This document shows, piece by piece, positions 27,915 to 40,833 of a DNA stretch of 64,000 bases (position 1 is the stretch's first letter; each line of letters opens with the position of its first letter). Source of the stretch: Penicillus capitatus (lineage: Eukaryota > Plantae > Chlorophyta). Under the pieces are notes generated by a model that was not told the DNA's origin, did not search any database, and saw only the letters and a program-made list of their open reading frames with translations. The stretch lies in the NCBI GenBank assembly GCA_965649825.1, contig OZ287696.1:1584081-1648080 (forward strand). The letters run 5' to 3'. The position numbers and the translations under genes are program-made.

Positions 27915-30587
27915 TCAATGCAATCTGAAGTTGGGGGTTCCTTGTTGACCCGGAGGATGGTAGGTATGCGGCGGTGCGACGAATCCTGCTCCGGGGAACT
28001 GTCCAAATCCGGGCGGCTGATGAAACTGATTTCGGAATCCCTGGGAGAAGGCTTGGCCAGGGACACCGTAAAACATGCCGCCATCGTTACGGGGAACGAC
28101 GGGTTGAGGTCCTCCAGGAAATCCAGCGTGGGACAGCTGCTGCTGCTGCTGCTGATTCAAAAAGACGTCCTTCTCTTTGTTATTCACGAAGGAACTCGGA
28201 TTGGCCGTATCGTACACGGTATTACCTAAAGGACACAAATTCATAGGAAAACTAACTGTAAATGACGGATTGCCTTGATTGGGTGGTACTCCTAGATACC
28301 AAACGCCTGCAGATCTCAAATGATCTTGCTTTTTGGAGGACTCACCGACAGGACTGGCGTGGGCTGGGTGTCCCACTGATTCGTGGTTAAACGGAGCGCC
28401 GAAGCCGCCATAGGTGCCAGCATACAGCCCGTGGTACATCTGATGCTGATACTGCATAAACTGTGGGTAGTAGGGGGTTCCGGTGGGGAAAGGAATGGCA
28501 GGATTTGGCATCATTCCAGGGTTCAGGAAAGGAGCCTGTTGCATCATTGGCACGGAAGAGTTTCCGCTGTTCGTTGGATTCAGTGATGATGGGACGTGGA
28601 CAGCTGGATTCTGATTAGGTCCAGGAGGTGGGACGCCGCCACCGCCGCCACTCGCATGTGGATTGTACTTTGGGTTCGGTGGATGGCCTGTCACTCCTGC
28701 TCCGACAGACGGAACGGACTTCTCCTGGAGTTTGTGTGGCGGCGGATGCCGCTGTGGCTGATAGCTCGGTAGGGTCGGTGCCGGACCTGAGGAAATACCG
28801 AAAGAGGAATCCGTTTCCAGAACCGGCTTCGATTCTGGAAGATTCGCCGATGGCCGATGCGGTCGACTCTCTTCGAAATTTCCAATCTCTTCGGTCTTGG
28901 GATTCTCCACAGGCACACCAAAACCCTCACCGTATGGCTTAACAAATTCTGGAGCGTCTTCCAATGTCGTCAGCTGTTGCGATGGCTTGGCTTGACTCGT
29001 CATGGCATTGACAAACGGCTTATCAGATCGTGGAGCATCCGTCGTCACCAGATGCGCGTGGACAGACGTGCTGGTCTCCTCTTTGACGGCGGGATTCGAC
29101 GTTGCAATAAAGCTAGGCTGTTCCGCAGGAGGCTGAGGGACTTCAACGTCCAATGCCTGCGTCTCAGCATCTAATCTGAAATCTGATGCCGGTTCTGTCT
29201 GAGGTGGAGGGGATGCGTCCACTGTGGCAGGCAATAATTCGACAGAGGGTCTCTGCAAAGGACTTCTCCCTTCAGTCGTGCCCTCCTCTGTTGGAAGAGT
29301 CGGCGACTCCGGCCGCTCTGTCACTTCAGGTTCAGGCGGCGTCCCACTCGAAGCTGGTTGCAGGGATGCTGTATCCTCCACTGGCCTTTCCACAATCTCT
29401 TCTGGCTCTATTTGCGTTTCCGGAACCAGTTGAGACGTCCGGAGTCCTTCAAACGTGCCAAAGAGATAACCAATAGTCGACATGTCCAAAGGACAGTCCT
29501 CCACATTCAGTGACGGCGTAAAGGCGGCATCCATTCTGAAAGGAATCGGCAAGGAAGAGGGTTCCAGAGGCGTGGTGTCCTCTCTTGTGAAACGGATGTC
29601 TTGCATGGCGATAGGAAAGATGTGGGATGAAGGGACGTCTTCCACTGGGGCATCGCCTACCGCGTCGTCTTCCACCTCCTCCGCCCACGACACAACGTCC
29701 TCCTTCGCAGGGACGCCTTTCACGTCGGCCGTGGAATCCACCTGAACAGGTTTCTCTTCATCAGACAGCCCCGCCGCCTCTGGCATCGCCGTTTCCTCTT
29801 CGTCATGAAGGGCGGCGACAGGCGTGTCAGGGGGCGAGCTGGCAACTTCCCATCCACTCATACCCTCCGGATTCTGTCCTAAGACGTCGGACGTTGTCGC
29901 CTCTGCTGTCACCTATCGCCGAATACGGATGTCATTGGAAGGCAGAGATGATGGAGAATGGGTACAGGTGGCGGCTGAGGCTTTTTGGATTTTCCGCGGA
30001 CAGCTTCGAGATAGTCTTTGCGTCTGGGTGCAGGGGGTGGCGGTGTAGGTTTCGCTTTTTCGACGTCAGTGCCATTCGCCACTGTCGTCTCGGCTCCTGC
30101 CTTGGCTCGTGGTCCCATCCTGCGTCGACGTTCCCATTTCGCAACGCGATATCCAATGTCCTTACTTGTTTCGATGGATGCCGCCGCGTCCACGCATTGA
30201 TCCTTGTCCTCCGCCGCGTCCACGTCCTGCAATCAATGACTTCTGGGTGTCATGACGCCCTTCTCTTTTACCGGCAGCTTCGAAGCGGCTTCCTCTTCCG
30301 TTCGGATGGTCGCGGCCTCTGCCCCTTCCGCGTCCCAATGTCTTGTTCTTCGGTTTCTTGGACTGGACGACCGTGAAGGGCGTATCAATGAGTTCTTCCG
30401 TTGCTTTGTTCACGTCTCCACCGCATTCACGGAGATGGTATTGTATCACGTCGACAGATGCGCCCGTGGCTTCGCGAATGGATTCGACGGCGGAGCGGTC
30501 CTCTTTCTCGACGAAGCGTTCCGAGCGACGACCTCCAGGAGGACCGGTACGACGCATGGGACGCGTGGGTTGCTTAGCATCGGCCAT
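27915..30587 (-). CDS. UBA/CUE-like N-terminal, RGG and Pro/Gln low-complexity protein (GIP1/DUF1296, UBAP2-like)
   Basis: VESIREATGASVDVIQYHLRECGGDVNKATEELIDTPFTVVQSKK, then RGRG repeats and a P/Q/G/Y-rich C-terminus. Confidence 0.7.
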
Positions 30588-30748
30588 GAGAAACGACTGA
30601 ACGAACGAACAAACGCACGTATTCGCAAAGAGACGACGATTTTTTGTGGTGCTCTATGAGGTTTTGATATTCAGCTGGGTTCGACTCAGTTTGGCAAAAC
30701 AATCGACGTTTTGCTGGAGATGGACATGTCACATCATCGTTGTTTGAA

Positions 30749-33369
30749 ATGGCCATGGGTGCTCGCCCAATGATCACCACGGCACGCCAAAGCGTCTCGA
30801 CAGCATGGCGTCGCGTCCCTGTCAGAAGCAACGCACCACGTGGTGCACGAACGGCCTATCGCGCTGCAGAGGGCACACTCATGCATCGCCATAATGCATC
30901 AATCCGTCGATCCGCCACGACAGAGGTGTTCCGCGTCCTTTCAGACATCATTCACATCCTCACGAGCAAGCAGGTCGAATCCGAGGTTCACGGCGAAGAA
31001 ACGATGGAGAAGACAGAGCAAGAATTGCGAAGAATGGCATCGCTGATAGACATGTACAGCATATGACTGCATCATAGATACATGTATGGCTGTGCTGCAG
31101 TTGGCAGATGTCATCAGATCAGTATGATGATGTGATTGCTGTCCGTGATCCTCATCGACATCCGCCGTACACACGGACATACAAGTGACACACTTGTCTA
31201 AGGAAATAAAAATGGAAAGCGAGTGACGAAGCAGGGAACTGAAGAATGAGATGGAGGCGATGGCGCGAGGATTGCAGTCTTTGGGATTGGGTCCGGGTCA
31301 ATCGGTGGCGCTGTTCTCCGAAAGCTCGCCGCGATGGATCGTGGCAGATCAAGCCGTTATGATGAACGCTGCGATGGATGCCGTTCGTGTGTTATGCAAT
31401 TAAGTGTGAGGTGTGAGAAGTCCATCCATGTTTCAGGTGAGAGGCGCATCTGCACCGTTGGCAGAGCTTCAGCAGATTGTGCTCAATTCTGAGAGCATTG
31501 GGCTGATCGTCCAGGACGAGGCCATTCTGAAAACGTTGCTGACAGAAACGCTTGATTCACCCGACGGCCAACAGGACAATCTCAAAGAACAGCAACTGCA
31601 GTTTACTACGGTGGACTGTCACATCTGGCCACTCTAGTTAGACGAGTTTTTCTTTCTTGCAGGTGATGAAGAATAGGATGAAGTTCGGGATCGTTCTCTG
31701 GGGTGACATATCTTTGGATCAATCTCAAGTTCCTTTCCCCGTCTACACTTATGACGAAATACTAAGTACGGGAAAGAGTTTTATGCAATCGACGTTCTCG
31801 GCACTTCCATCTGTCGGATCTGACAGCATCGCCACAATCGTGTACACATCGGGGACGTCTGGTTTGCCGAAGGGCGTGGCATTGACCCATGCGAACATCC
31901 TCTATCAGATCGACTGCTTCAAAGATATCTTGCAGCTGAGACCAACGGACCAGATTCTCTCGCTGTTGCCTCCTTGGCACATCTATGAACGGGCTATTGC
32001 ATACTACGTCTTCCAGAGCGGCTGTCGTGTCGTGTACACTGGAGTGAAGACACTGAAAAGCGATCTCAAGGCATATCCGACGGAGGCCTTCGTTACTGTG
32101 CCGCTCGTTCTGGACACACTCCACAAGACGGTGCGTCGAAAAGGCACGTCACGTAACACGAAGTTGAGCAACTGCAGATCATGCGCCGATTGAACAACGC
32201 ATCGGTGCTGAAGAGAATGATTGGGTTGACCTTGCTGAAGACATCGATGGCATGCGTTGCTGCACAGAGAGTGGTGGATGGAGTGGATATTCGATTTGCT
32301 CGGACGCCTTGTCCCATTCCCGAACTGCTCAAGGCCCTTTTGCTGTCGTGGATCTTGATGCCGCTGAGACTCCTGGCAAACCATCTCGTTCATCGGTCCG
32401 ACAGGGACCGAAAAGGGAAATCCATGACTGACGACGGTGTCTGTGTGTCGACAGGCCTATCAGGGCAGGACTGGGCGTCAAGGGCGTGATCATATCCGGG
32501 GGCGGATCGCTGATGAGCCATCTCGATCTGTTCTTCGAAGCCATCGATCTGACCGTCCTGAACGGATGGGGTTTGACAGAGACATCTCCCGTTCTCTGCT
32601 GCCGACTCTCGGACGCGCATCAAAACGTCCGAGGAACGGTGGGGTATCCGATTCCGGATACAGAGATCAGAATCGTGGATCCGGATTCGACCAGAGACGT
32701 TCCCGATGGCACGCCTGGACTTGTGCTGGCTCGCGGACCTGGTGTCATGCAAGGCTACTATAGAAGTCCTGAAGAAACGGAACGCGTCATGCTTGAAGGT
32801 GGTTGGTTTAGCACAGGTACTGCCGTATGGTTTTTCGCTAGCTTCTTCACTCTTGTGTCAAGGGGACTGTGGATGGAGAGTGCCTTCTGGTGTGAAAGGA
32901 AGCCGGATGTCCGGAAACATTGTTCTGACGGGACGCCTCAAGGACACCATTGTGTTGAGCAGCGGAGAGAACGTAGAACCACAGCCCATCGAGGTTATCT
33001 CTCCCTATAATTGCATTTGGTTTTTCAATGCGCGATCAGGATTGGCTGCAAATGAGTCCAATGATCGCGCACATCATCGTCATTGGACAGGACTGTCGCG
33101 CCTTGGGCGCTCTGATCGTACCGGACGAAGAGGTTTTTGGGGAGAGAGCCAGGGATGAGATCCACGACGTGATCGTCAGCGAGATCCGACTCCTGGAACA
33201 GCGGAACCCCAGCTTCGTCAGTCACATGCACATTTCTGCCATTCAGGTGCTGGATCGTCCCTTGAGCATAGATGACGGTACCCTGACAAGAACGATGAAG
33301 ATACGAAGAGCAGCCATCGCGGAGAAATTCAGAAAAGACGTTAATCTCCTCGAGAGAAGGCTCCGCTAA
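30749..33369 (+). CDS. Long-chain acyl-CoA/acyl-ACP synthetase, AAE15/16-like, plastid-targeted (intact copy)
   Basis: Arg/Ala-rich transit peptide, ALFSESSPRWIVADQA, AMP-binding IVYTSGTSGLPKGVALTH, GWGLTETSPV, GWFSTGD, GRLKDTIVLSSGENVEP, LTRTMKIRR. Confidence 0.9.
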
Positions 33370-33796
33370 CCGTCTGCCGGGAAAGGCAGGATGCCTTGCC
33401 TCTATGAGTTTGCATCCTTCCGCTTCAAATCCTACGCCGCATCGGGGTGGGTATGTATCGCCTGTAGACCCAAAGAATGATCATGTAAAGTGCCGGAGTG
33501 TTATTTGCCGCCTTTCTGTGCGATGTGTGATAAAGTCTGCCTTATCCCTTCGACGGAAGTGGAGGTGGCAGTTGATTAAAACGCACAAACACAGTATCTT
33601 TCGTTCTACAGTGTGTCGATGTTTGCACAGTCAACTGGCCAGCCACCCATCAAAATCCAAGAAAAGAAACGCAATAGACATGTCCAGATTCAGTTGATGG
33701 TGGGTGTCCTGAAATAAGGATCCCAAAGTGACAAATACGTAAAACTTCAGGTCGGTTTTTCCTGTAAGAGCAGGTCGAGTGGTCATCATCGGAGTG

Positions 33797-34276
33797 TCAA
33801 TCACTCTTAGGCGGTCCGTTGCTCACAGGAATACCACCAGTCACTTCTGTTGACAAAAGAGGTTCTTCGATGCGTGGGTTGCCGGTCACTATCGCCGACA
33901 CTTGCGGCGCTTCGTCTTTGCGGCAGTTACCAAAACAGCAACACGAGGCGAAAGTCGCAATGAGAAGGGCCCACCAAGCAAGCCAGAACAGCGTAGAGAA
34001 AATAGCAGCAGCTCCTGTCAGCTCTTCTTCTCTGTCAGCACACAAGCTATCCCTTATTCCGGACCAGCGTTTTCCACAGTAGCATCTGTCTTCTTCGCAA
34101 AAGTCGGTGTCGTCTCGGCAGCATTCGATAAAATTGCAGTTACAGACGTGTTTTTTATTGCCGCTGACCCACGTGAGATGTATCAGACCGGACATCGCAA
34201 CCGTAGCGGCGAACAACAAAATAGAAATTTTTGGAACAGCGCAGCAGCGACAACACTTTTCGCAATAGTCGTCCAT
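33797..34276 (-). CDS. Cys-rich two-TM protein, paralog A (intronless)
   Basis: MDDYCEKCCRCC, TM1, 8-Cys loop, TM2, SCCCFG, Pro-rich tail. ORF open in all paralogs. Confidence 0.8.
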   Translation of the reverse strand: MDDYCEKCCRCCAVPKISILLFAATVAMSGLIHLTWVSGNKKHVCNCNFIECCRDDTDFCEEDRCYCGKRWSGIRDSLCADREEELTGAAAIFSTLFWLAWWALLIATFASCCCFGNCRKDEAPQVSAIVTGNPRIEEPLLSTEVTGGIPVSNGPPKSD

Positions 34277-34340
34277 TGCAGCGCAAATCGAACAGAACAG
34301 TCCTCTTTTTTCTTCGACTGCTTGCTAGAAAGATTCGCGG

Positions 34341-34367
34341 ATAAATAGCAGTCCTGAGGTGACGTGG
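34341..34367 (-). promoter_or_regulatory. Putative promoter of the Cys-rich genes: CCACGTCA (ACGT/bZIP-type box) followed by TATTTAT
   Basis: TGACGTGG at 34360, 38793, 46853 and 56376, followed on the coding strand by an AT-rich box ~65-85 bp upstream of the ATG. Conservation may only reflect recent duplication. Confidence 0.35.
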
Positions 34368-35599
34368 TTTATCGACTTCTGAGTAACTGCAGGTAAAGGG
34401 ATTCGACAAATGCAGGAAATTCGGCTAGAACTTGAAACAGCGCAGTGGCAGCGATCGCGTTGTTTTCTCAAAAGAAGATGCAGACGGTCGACCTTGTGAC
34501 TCGATGTTGACAGGGATGGAATCTCGCGTGCAATTCGTGCGTCTATCGTACGGTGCGTACGTGCTGAATCACAAGAACTGTTTTATCAAGTGTGAAGGTC
34601 ATTGCTGAAACACACTTAGACGAAGCGACTCGGATTCGACCAGCGGCGACAGCTTTTCCCACCCCGCCGTTCGTGCTCTTCTGGAAAAACGGACCCGTAG
34701 TCCAGCGCCTCGTCGACTTCTGATTGTTGGACGGGAATGGACAGCCGTGTATGTGATGGATGGCTTGAAAGTGTGAGAGTCGGGAATGGCAGCAATGGGA
34801 TTCTGTCTCTTCCGAGTTCCGGGTTCTCGATTAGGAAACCGAATCTTTGGCTTGGGACTTGACTTCTGCGCCGTCGGATGCGTCTTGTTTCTTCAGACAG
34901 CCAGAGTCATAGCAGAGTGGATACCGAGAAAAGGAAGAGTGCATGCGCGGATCACAGACAACGGGCAAGAGCCTGAGCAGAGAAGCCCCTTTGCCTTATG
35001 GACCTTCTCTTGTAAGCGACATTGTCTAAATACCATAACATCGTTTCCTGCAGATCGTATGTATCCTCGTTAATCACCATCATCATCTTTCTTACAATGA
35101 TGTTTGTTGCCTTAGGATGCAACCTTCGCCAGAACTGACAATTGCAGTTCTCTCTTCAGGACAGATTAAAATAATGACCAGAAAGCTTTCGATCCAAGGC
35201 GGATCTTGGAGTATCGCCACAATCGTAGACCCAAAGTATGATCATGTAAAGTGCCGGAGTGTTATTTGCCGCCTTTCTGTGCGATGTGTGATAAAGTCTA
35301 CCTTATCCCTTAGATAGAATTGATTGCTTTTTATCTCCTTTCGTTAAGATCAAGAGAACAACCGACACTCATTGTAGCAATCAATGTAGCATACACAAAG
35401 GCCAGGCGACAGCAAGAATGAAAGGAGGAGCGAAGTGATCAGGTGTTTCACGGGATGCACTAATTGAGCAAAGGAAGGGGCGAATTAGTAAAACCATGTA
35501 ATCCAGCGTGGCGTACGGGGTCTTTTGTTCACCGAAAAGGTTCTCGTGTAATGTCTCCAAAATGCAGACTTTCTCATTTCAGCTAAAGGTCCAGTCCTG

Positions 35600-36280
35600 C
35601 TGTCATTACGCAGTCGTTTTGTAAACAGATTCTTACAAAAGAAAGAGATAGTATCTTTTTTCGCCCTTCCTTAAATACCTCCTGATTAGGAAGGGAGACT
35701 AATACGCTGTTGATCCGATGACTACAAATGCAATGATCAGTCATCGTCTTAGTATTGTCTGTAGGAGCCCACACCTGCAAAGGCTGTCCGCTTGGGTCGC
35801 GTTTTTTGCGGTTCAGTCTGTATGGGGCCGCGAAGCGTGCCTTTTGGAGCTCGGCAACGGAGAGGTTTCTGAAAGAGGCGTTCTGTTCGGCGATGGCGGA
35901 GATGGCAAGCCTGGAACAGAAGCTGAAGATACAGAACCTGAAGGCCTGCATCGAAGACATCCGCACTGACCAGGGCGGTAGATTCTACGTCCAGATCTGA
36001 GACGATCAACGCGAGAAGTTCGAGAGGGCTCTAGATCTTTCCCTGGAATGCACGGATGCCAGACGGAACCTGGATCTGGAAGACTTTGGCACCTTTGAGG
36101 TCAATAATCCCCACACCTCGCCCACGAGAGACAAGGTCCCCATCGTCATTGGAAACGTGGACATAGACATCGAGGCTGATGCAGCAATTGAAGCAGTCGC
36201 AGAACAGAACGCCCCCGCTGGAATCTCCAAAGCGCCGAGCTACTCGAATCACACTTTGCAGCCCCGCATAGACTGAATCG
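35600..36280 (+). mobile_element. 5' fragment of a non-LTR retrotransposon-like element (5' UTR + ORF1-like remnant, in-frame TGA)
   Basis: SLEQKLKIQNLKACIEDIRTDQGGRFYVQI*DDQREKFERALD...PIVIGNVDIDIEADAAIEAV resembles the RRM start of LINE ORF1. Inverted paralog at 36590-37220. Confidence 0.45.
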
Positions 36281-36589
36281 CCGGAAACGTGATGCATCTG
36301 GACAACCTCTGTCAGAGTGGCTACCAAGCAGGAACCTGAAAGTATTTGTTTCGAAAACGCTTCACGAAAAGCTGTTCGCCGAACAGAAGTCGATATACGC
36401 AACCCTGGATTACATGGTGTTACCCCATTCGTCCGTTCAACCGGTTTCCCAGTGCGTCGCGTGGAAACACGTGACCTTTTATTTTATTCACCCGTACCTG
36501 GCCGTTCTGTTTGGACGTATTGAACACTGTCTGCCCCACCCATGTACAGATACACCCCCGATCTTCTCAAAAAGGAGTTGTAAAAGTGA

Positions 36590-37220
36590 ATCTTATATGG
36601 CGGAGATGGCCGCTTCAGCTTCGATGTCTGTGTCTACATTGCCGATGACGATGGGAGTATTGTCTTTTGTGGGCGAGATACGGGTCGCCGACTTCAAAAG
36701 TTCCGATGTCGTCCAGCTCGAGGTTCCATTTAGCATCGGCGCAATCCAGGCTTCGGTCGAGCGCCGTCTCGAACTTCTTAAGCTGTTCAGCACGGATCTG
36801 CACATAGAATCTGCCGCCGAGATCGACCCGGATATTTTCGATGCATTCCGTCAGGTTCGGGATCTCTAGCTTCCGTTCCAAACTAATGCCGAGTTGGCGG
36901 AACGACGGGCGTTCTCCCTTCAGGGTCACGGGGCAGAACTGGAAGCTGCGTTTATCACATCTGATCTGGGCCTTGATCGCTTGGGTTTGCTTGCAAATCT
37001 CACGAGCCTAAGCGATTCGTTGCTTTTGGGCAGTCGTCGTTGTCGTGGTTGTGGGCTCCTACAGAAATACTAAGATGACTGATCATGCCATTTGAGTCAT
37101 CAGATCAAATGGCGTATTAGTCGCCCCTCCTGATCAGGAGGTATTAAAGGAGGGGCGCAAGCAAAAGAACGTATTTGTCTTTCTTTCTTTGTAAGGATAA
37201 GCTTACGCAATGACAGTGGT
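36590..37220 (-). mobile_element. Second, diverged 5' fragment of the same element in inverted orientation (frameshifted)
   Basis: SLERKLEIPNLTECIENIRVDLGGRFYVQIRAEQLKKFETALD...PIVIGNVDTDIEAEAAISAI. Its upstream non-coding part also aligns with 35600-35770. Confidence 0.5.
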
Positions 37221-38193
37221 CTTCCCCCGGGGCATGGTCTGGCAGGCGGGCGGTCGCGATATGAACGGGTCATGAAGATTGGAGCGGGGCTGGCCTCCGG
37301 AGTTGCGGGAGGCGACGGGGCAGTCGGAGCGAACGGACCCGGGTGCGATGGAATCTGATACAGGTCTGCAGCTCGTCAAGGCGGTTGCAATCTTGTTGGC
37401 GAGGGGTTTTAGACACGAGGTGCTCGACCGGGAAGGAATCGGCGAGGGAGGTCAGGGAGCTCTGCACATTGACGAGGTCTTGGGCGAGAGCTGTTAGGAG
37501 GTGTTAGGGGGTTACCGTTTGTTGCTTGCGGAAAATCTATGAAAGACAGGAAAGCTGGGCCTGCGAGTCGCAGTAAGGGCCTCCGGGGGCCAGCACGAGC
37601 GAGTCCATGGTGCGCTCGTGGAAGTACACAAGTCGGAGCAGCTCATGATCTAGCCGATCGTGAGCTGCCAGATAGGCGCGATTTTCTGCGCTAGCTCCAC
37701 TGGGTCAATGGCGGCGGCGATCTGCGAGAGGCACGTCTTGAGAGCGGTGTTCACCACCAGAAGCTCATCCCTGATCATAGCGTCGAACACCTCAGATAAC
37801 CGGAGAAGGTCGCGCCGGTATCGGACAGTGTGTGCGGCCTGGGGCAACCGCCGTGCTCACTGGGGGGCGGTGTTATATCCTCTGGGTTGTGAACCGGACG
37901 GATGCATCGTACGTGTTTCGCGCGTTCGGACATCGACGTTCGGCAAGGGTCTTGTAACAGGCTGAATGGAAGTGTCGTACGGAGAATGTTCTGCCTTATC
38001 CCTCAGATAGAATTGCTTGTTTGATTAAAACGCACAAACACAGCATTCTTTCGTTCTACAGTATGTATGTTTGCACAGTCAACTAGCCAGCCACCCATCA
38101 AATCCAAGAAAGTAAATGCAACAGACATTCCCAGATTCAGTTGATGATAGGCGTTTTGCGATAAGGATACCATAGCGACAAATACGTAAAAAT

Positions 38194-38709
38194 TCAGTTC
38201 GGCGTTGTTTCTACGAGAGCAGGTCGAGTGGTCATCATCGGAGTGCCAGTCGCTCTCGGCGGTCCGTTCCTCACAGGAATACCATCAGTCACTCCTGCCG
38301 ACATAAGAGGTTCTTCGATGCGCGGGTAGCCGGTCACTATCGCGGACAATTGCGGCGCTTCTTCTTCCTGGCCGTGACCAAAACAGCAACACGAGGCGAG
38401 AGTCGCAATGAGAAGAGCACACGCGACGCCCCAGAGTACTTTGACCGAAATAGCACCAGCTCTTGTCAACTTTTCTTCTTTCCCTTCACAATAGCCGACG
38501 TCATCTAATCCAGGATCGCAGTAGCATTCTTCTTCTTCATCGCAATAATCTATGTCAATTCGGCAGCAACCGAACAAGAAATCACAGTGACAGCCGTGGC
38601 GCTTTATACCAAAAATATACACAACAGATATTAGACCACACATCGCTGCCGTAGCGGCGAACAGCAAAATAGAAATCTTTGGACAACACTTTGGGCAAAA
38701 GCCACCCAT
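38194..38709 (-). CDS. Cys-rich two-TM protein, paralog B
   Basis: MGGFCPKCCPKISILLFAATAA..CHCDFLFGCCRIDIDYCDEEEECYC..C..SCCCFG. Confidence 0.8.
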   Translation of the reverse strand: MGGFCPKCCPKISILLFAATAAMCGLISVVYIFGIKRHGCHCDFLFGCCRIDIDYCDEEEECYCDPGLDDVGYCEGKEEKLTRAGAISVKVLWGVACALLIATLASCCCFGHGQEEEAPQLSAIVTGYPRIEEPLMSAGVTDGIPVRNGPPRATGTPMMTTRPALVETTPN

Positions 38710-39643
38710 TCTCACTCAAATCGAACAGAACAGTCCTCTTTTTTCTTCGACTGCTTGCTAGAAAGATTCGCGGATAAATAGCAGTCCTGAGGTGACGTGG
38801 TTTTTCGACTTCTGAGTAGCTGCAGGTAAAGGGATTCGACAAATGAAGGGAAATCGGCTAGAACTTGAAACAGCGCAGTGGCAGCGATCACGTTGTTTTC
38901 TCAAAAGAAGATGCAGACGGTCGACCTCGCGACTCGATGTTATCGGGGATGGAATCTCGCGTGCAATTCGTGCGTCCATCGTACGGTGCGTACGTGCTGC
39001 ATCACAGGAACTGTTTTACCAAGTGTGAAGGTCATTGCTGAAACACACTTGGACGCAGCGACTCGGATTCGACCAGCGGCGACAGCTTTTCCCACACCGC
39101 CGTTCGTGCTCTCGTGGACGAGACGGACACGTGGTCCAGCGCCTCGTCGACTTCTGATTGTTGGACGGGAATGGACAGGCATGTATGTGATGGATGGCTT
39201 GAAAGTGTAGAGTCGGGAATGGCCGCAATGGGATTCTGTCTCTTCCGAGTTCCGGGTTCTCGACTAGGAAACCGAATCTTTGGCTTGGGACTTGACTTCT
39301 GCGCCGTCGGATGCGTCTTGTTTCTTCAGACAGCCAGAGTCATAGCAGAGTGGGAACCGAGAAAAGGAAGAGTGCATGCTCGGATCACAGACAACGGGCA
39401 AGAGCCTGAGCAGAGAAGCCCCTTTGCCTTATGGACCTTCTCTTGTAAGCGACATTGTCTAAATACCATAACATCGTTTCCTGCAGATCGTATGTATCCT
39501 CGTTAATCACCATCATCATCTTTCTTACAATGATGTTTGTTGCCTTAGGATGCAACCTTCGCCAGAACTGACAATTGCAGTTTCTTTTTGGGACCGACAT
39601 TGACAATGACCAAAAGATTCCGATCAAGGGCGGATCTTGGAGT

Positions 39644-40624
39644 ATCGCCACAATCGTGTACACATCGGGGACGTCTGGTTTGCCGAAGGGCGTGGCATTG
39701 ACCCATGCGAACATCCTCTATCAGATCGACTGCTTCAAGGATATCTTGCAGCTGAGACCAACGGACCAGATTCTCTCGCTGTTGCCTCCTTGGCACATCT
39801 ATGAACGGGCTATTGCATACTACGTCTTCCAGAGCGGCTGTCGTGTCGTGTACACTGGAGTGAAGACACTGAAAAGCGATCTCAAGGCATATCCGACGGA
39901 GGCCTTCGTTACTGTGCCGCTCGTTCTGGACACACTCCACAAGACGGTGCGTCGAAAAGGCACGTCACGTAACACGAAGTTGAGCAACTGCAGATCATGC
40001 GCCGATTGAACAACGCATCGGTGCTGAAGAGAATGATTGGGTTGACCTTGCTGAAGGCATCGATGGCATGCGTTGCTGCACAGAGAGTGGTGGATGGAGT
40101 GGATATTCGATTTGCTCGGACGCCTTGTCCCATTCCCGAACTGCTCAAGGCCCTTTTGCTGTCGTGGATCTTGATGCCGCTGAGACTCCTGGCAAACCAT
40201 CTCGTTCATCGGTCCGACAGGGACCGAAAAGGGAAATCCATGACTGACGACGGTGTCTGTGTGTCGACAGGCCTATCAGGGCAGGACTGGGCGTCAAGGG
40301 CGTGATCATATCCGGGGGCGGATCTCTGGTGAGCCATCTCGATCTGTTCTTCGAAGCCATCGATCTGACCGTCCTGAACGGATGGGGCTTGACTGAGACA
40401 TCTCCCGTTCTCTGCTGCCGTCGCTCGGACGCGCATCAAAACGTGCGAGGAACGGTGGGATACCCGATTCCGAATACGGAGATCAGAATCGTGGATCCGG
40501 ATTCGACCAGAGACGTTCCCGATGGCACGCCTGGAACAGCGGAACCCCAGCTTCGTCAGTCACATGCACATTTCTGCCATTCGGGTGTTGGATCGTCCCT
40601 TGAGCATAGATGACGGTACCCTGA
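39644..40624 (+). pseudogene. 5'-truncated LACS duplicate with ~480-bp internal deletion, interrupted by the gypsy element; resumes at 45588-45674
   Basis: Near-identical to 31828-32718, then jumps to 33198 at a CCTGGA microhomology. No promoter or N-terminus. Confidence 0.92.
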
Positions 40625-40833
40625 TGTCATTACCAAGAACCCGAAGAAGGAAGAAGCAAAGAAGATGACATCATGACATGAAGCATGACGCAATCATGAC
40701 GTCATGCTAGGGTATAAAATGGGGGTAAAGCACGATCGATGTCTGTTCAAAAAACAGTATCACTTTGTTAAAACAACGCTTACGCTTTCATACGCCTCGC
40801 TCGTTCTACGAATACGTTTTACGACATCACAAA

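Noticed and set aside
33404-33697. 97-aa + strand ORF repeated at 45709 and 55410
   Set aside because: Identity is explained by recent duplication of 3' flanking DNA; no protein-like features, and it is broken in unit 2.
34786-35073. Repeated ORFs upstream of the Cys-rich genes (also 39114-39506, 56940-57398)
   Set aside because: Frames and lengths differ between near-identical copies, which indicates non-coding sequence.
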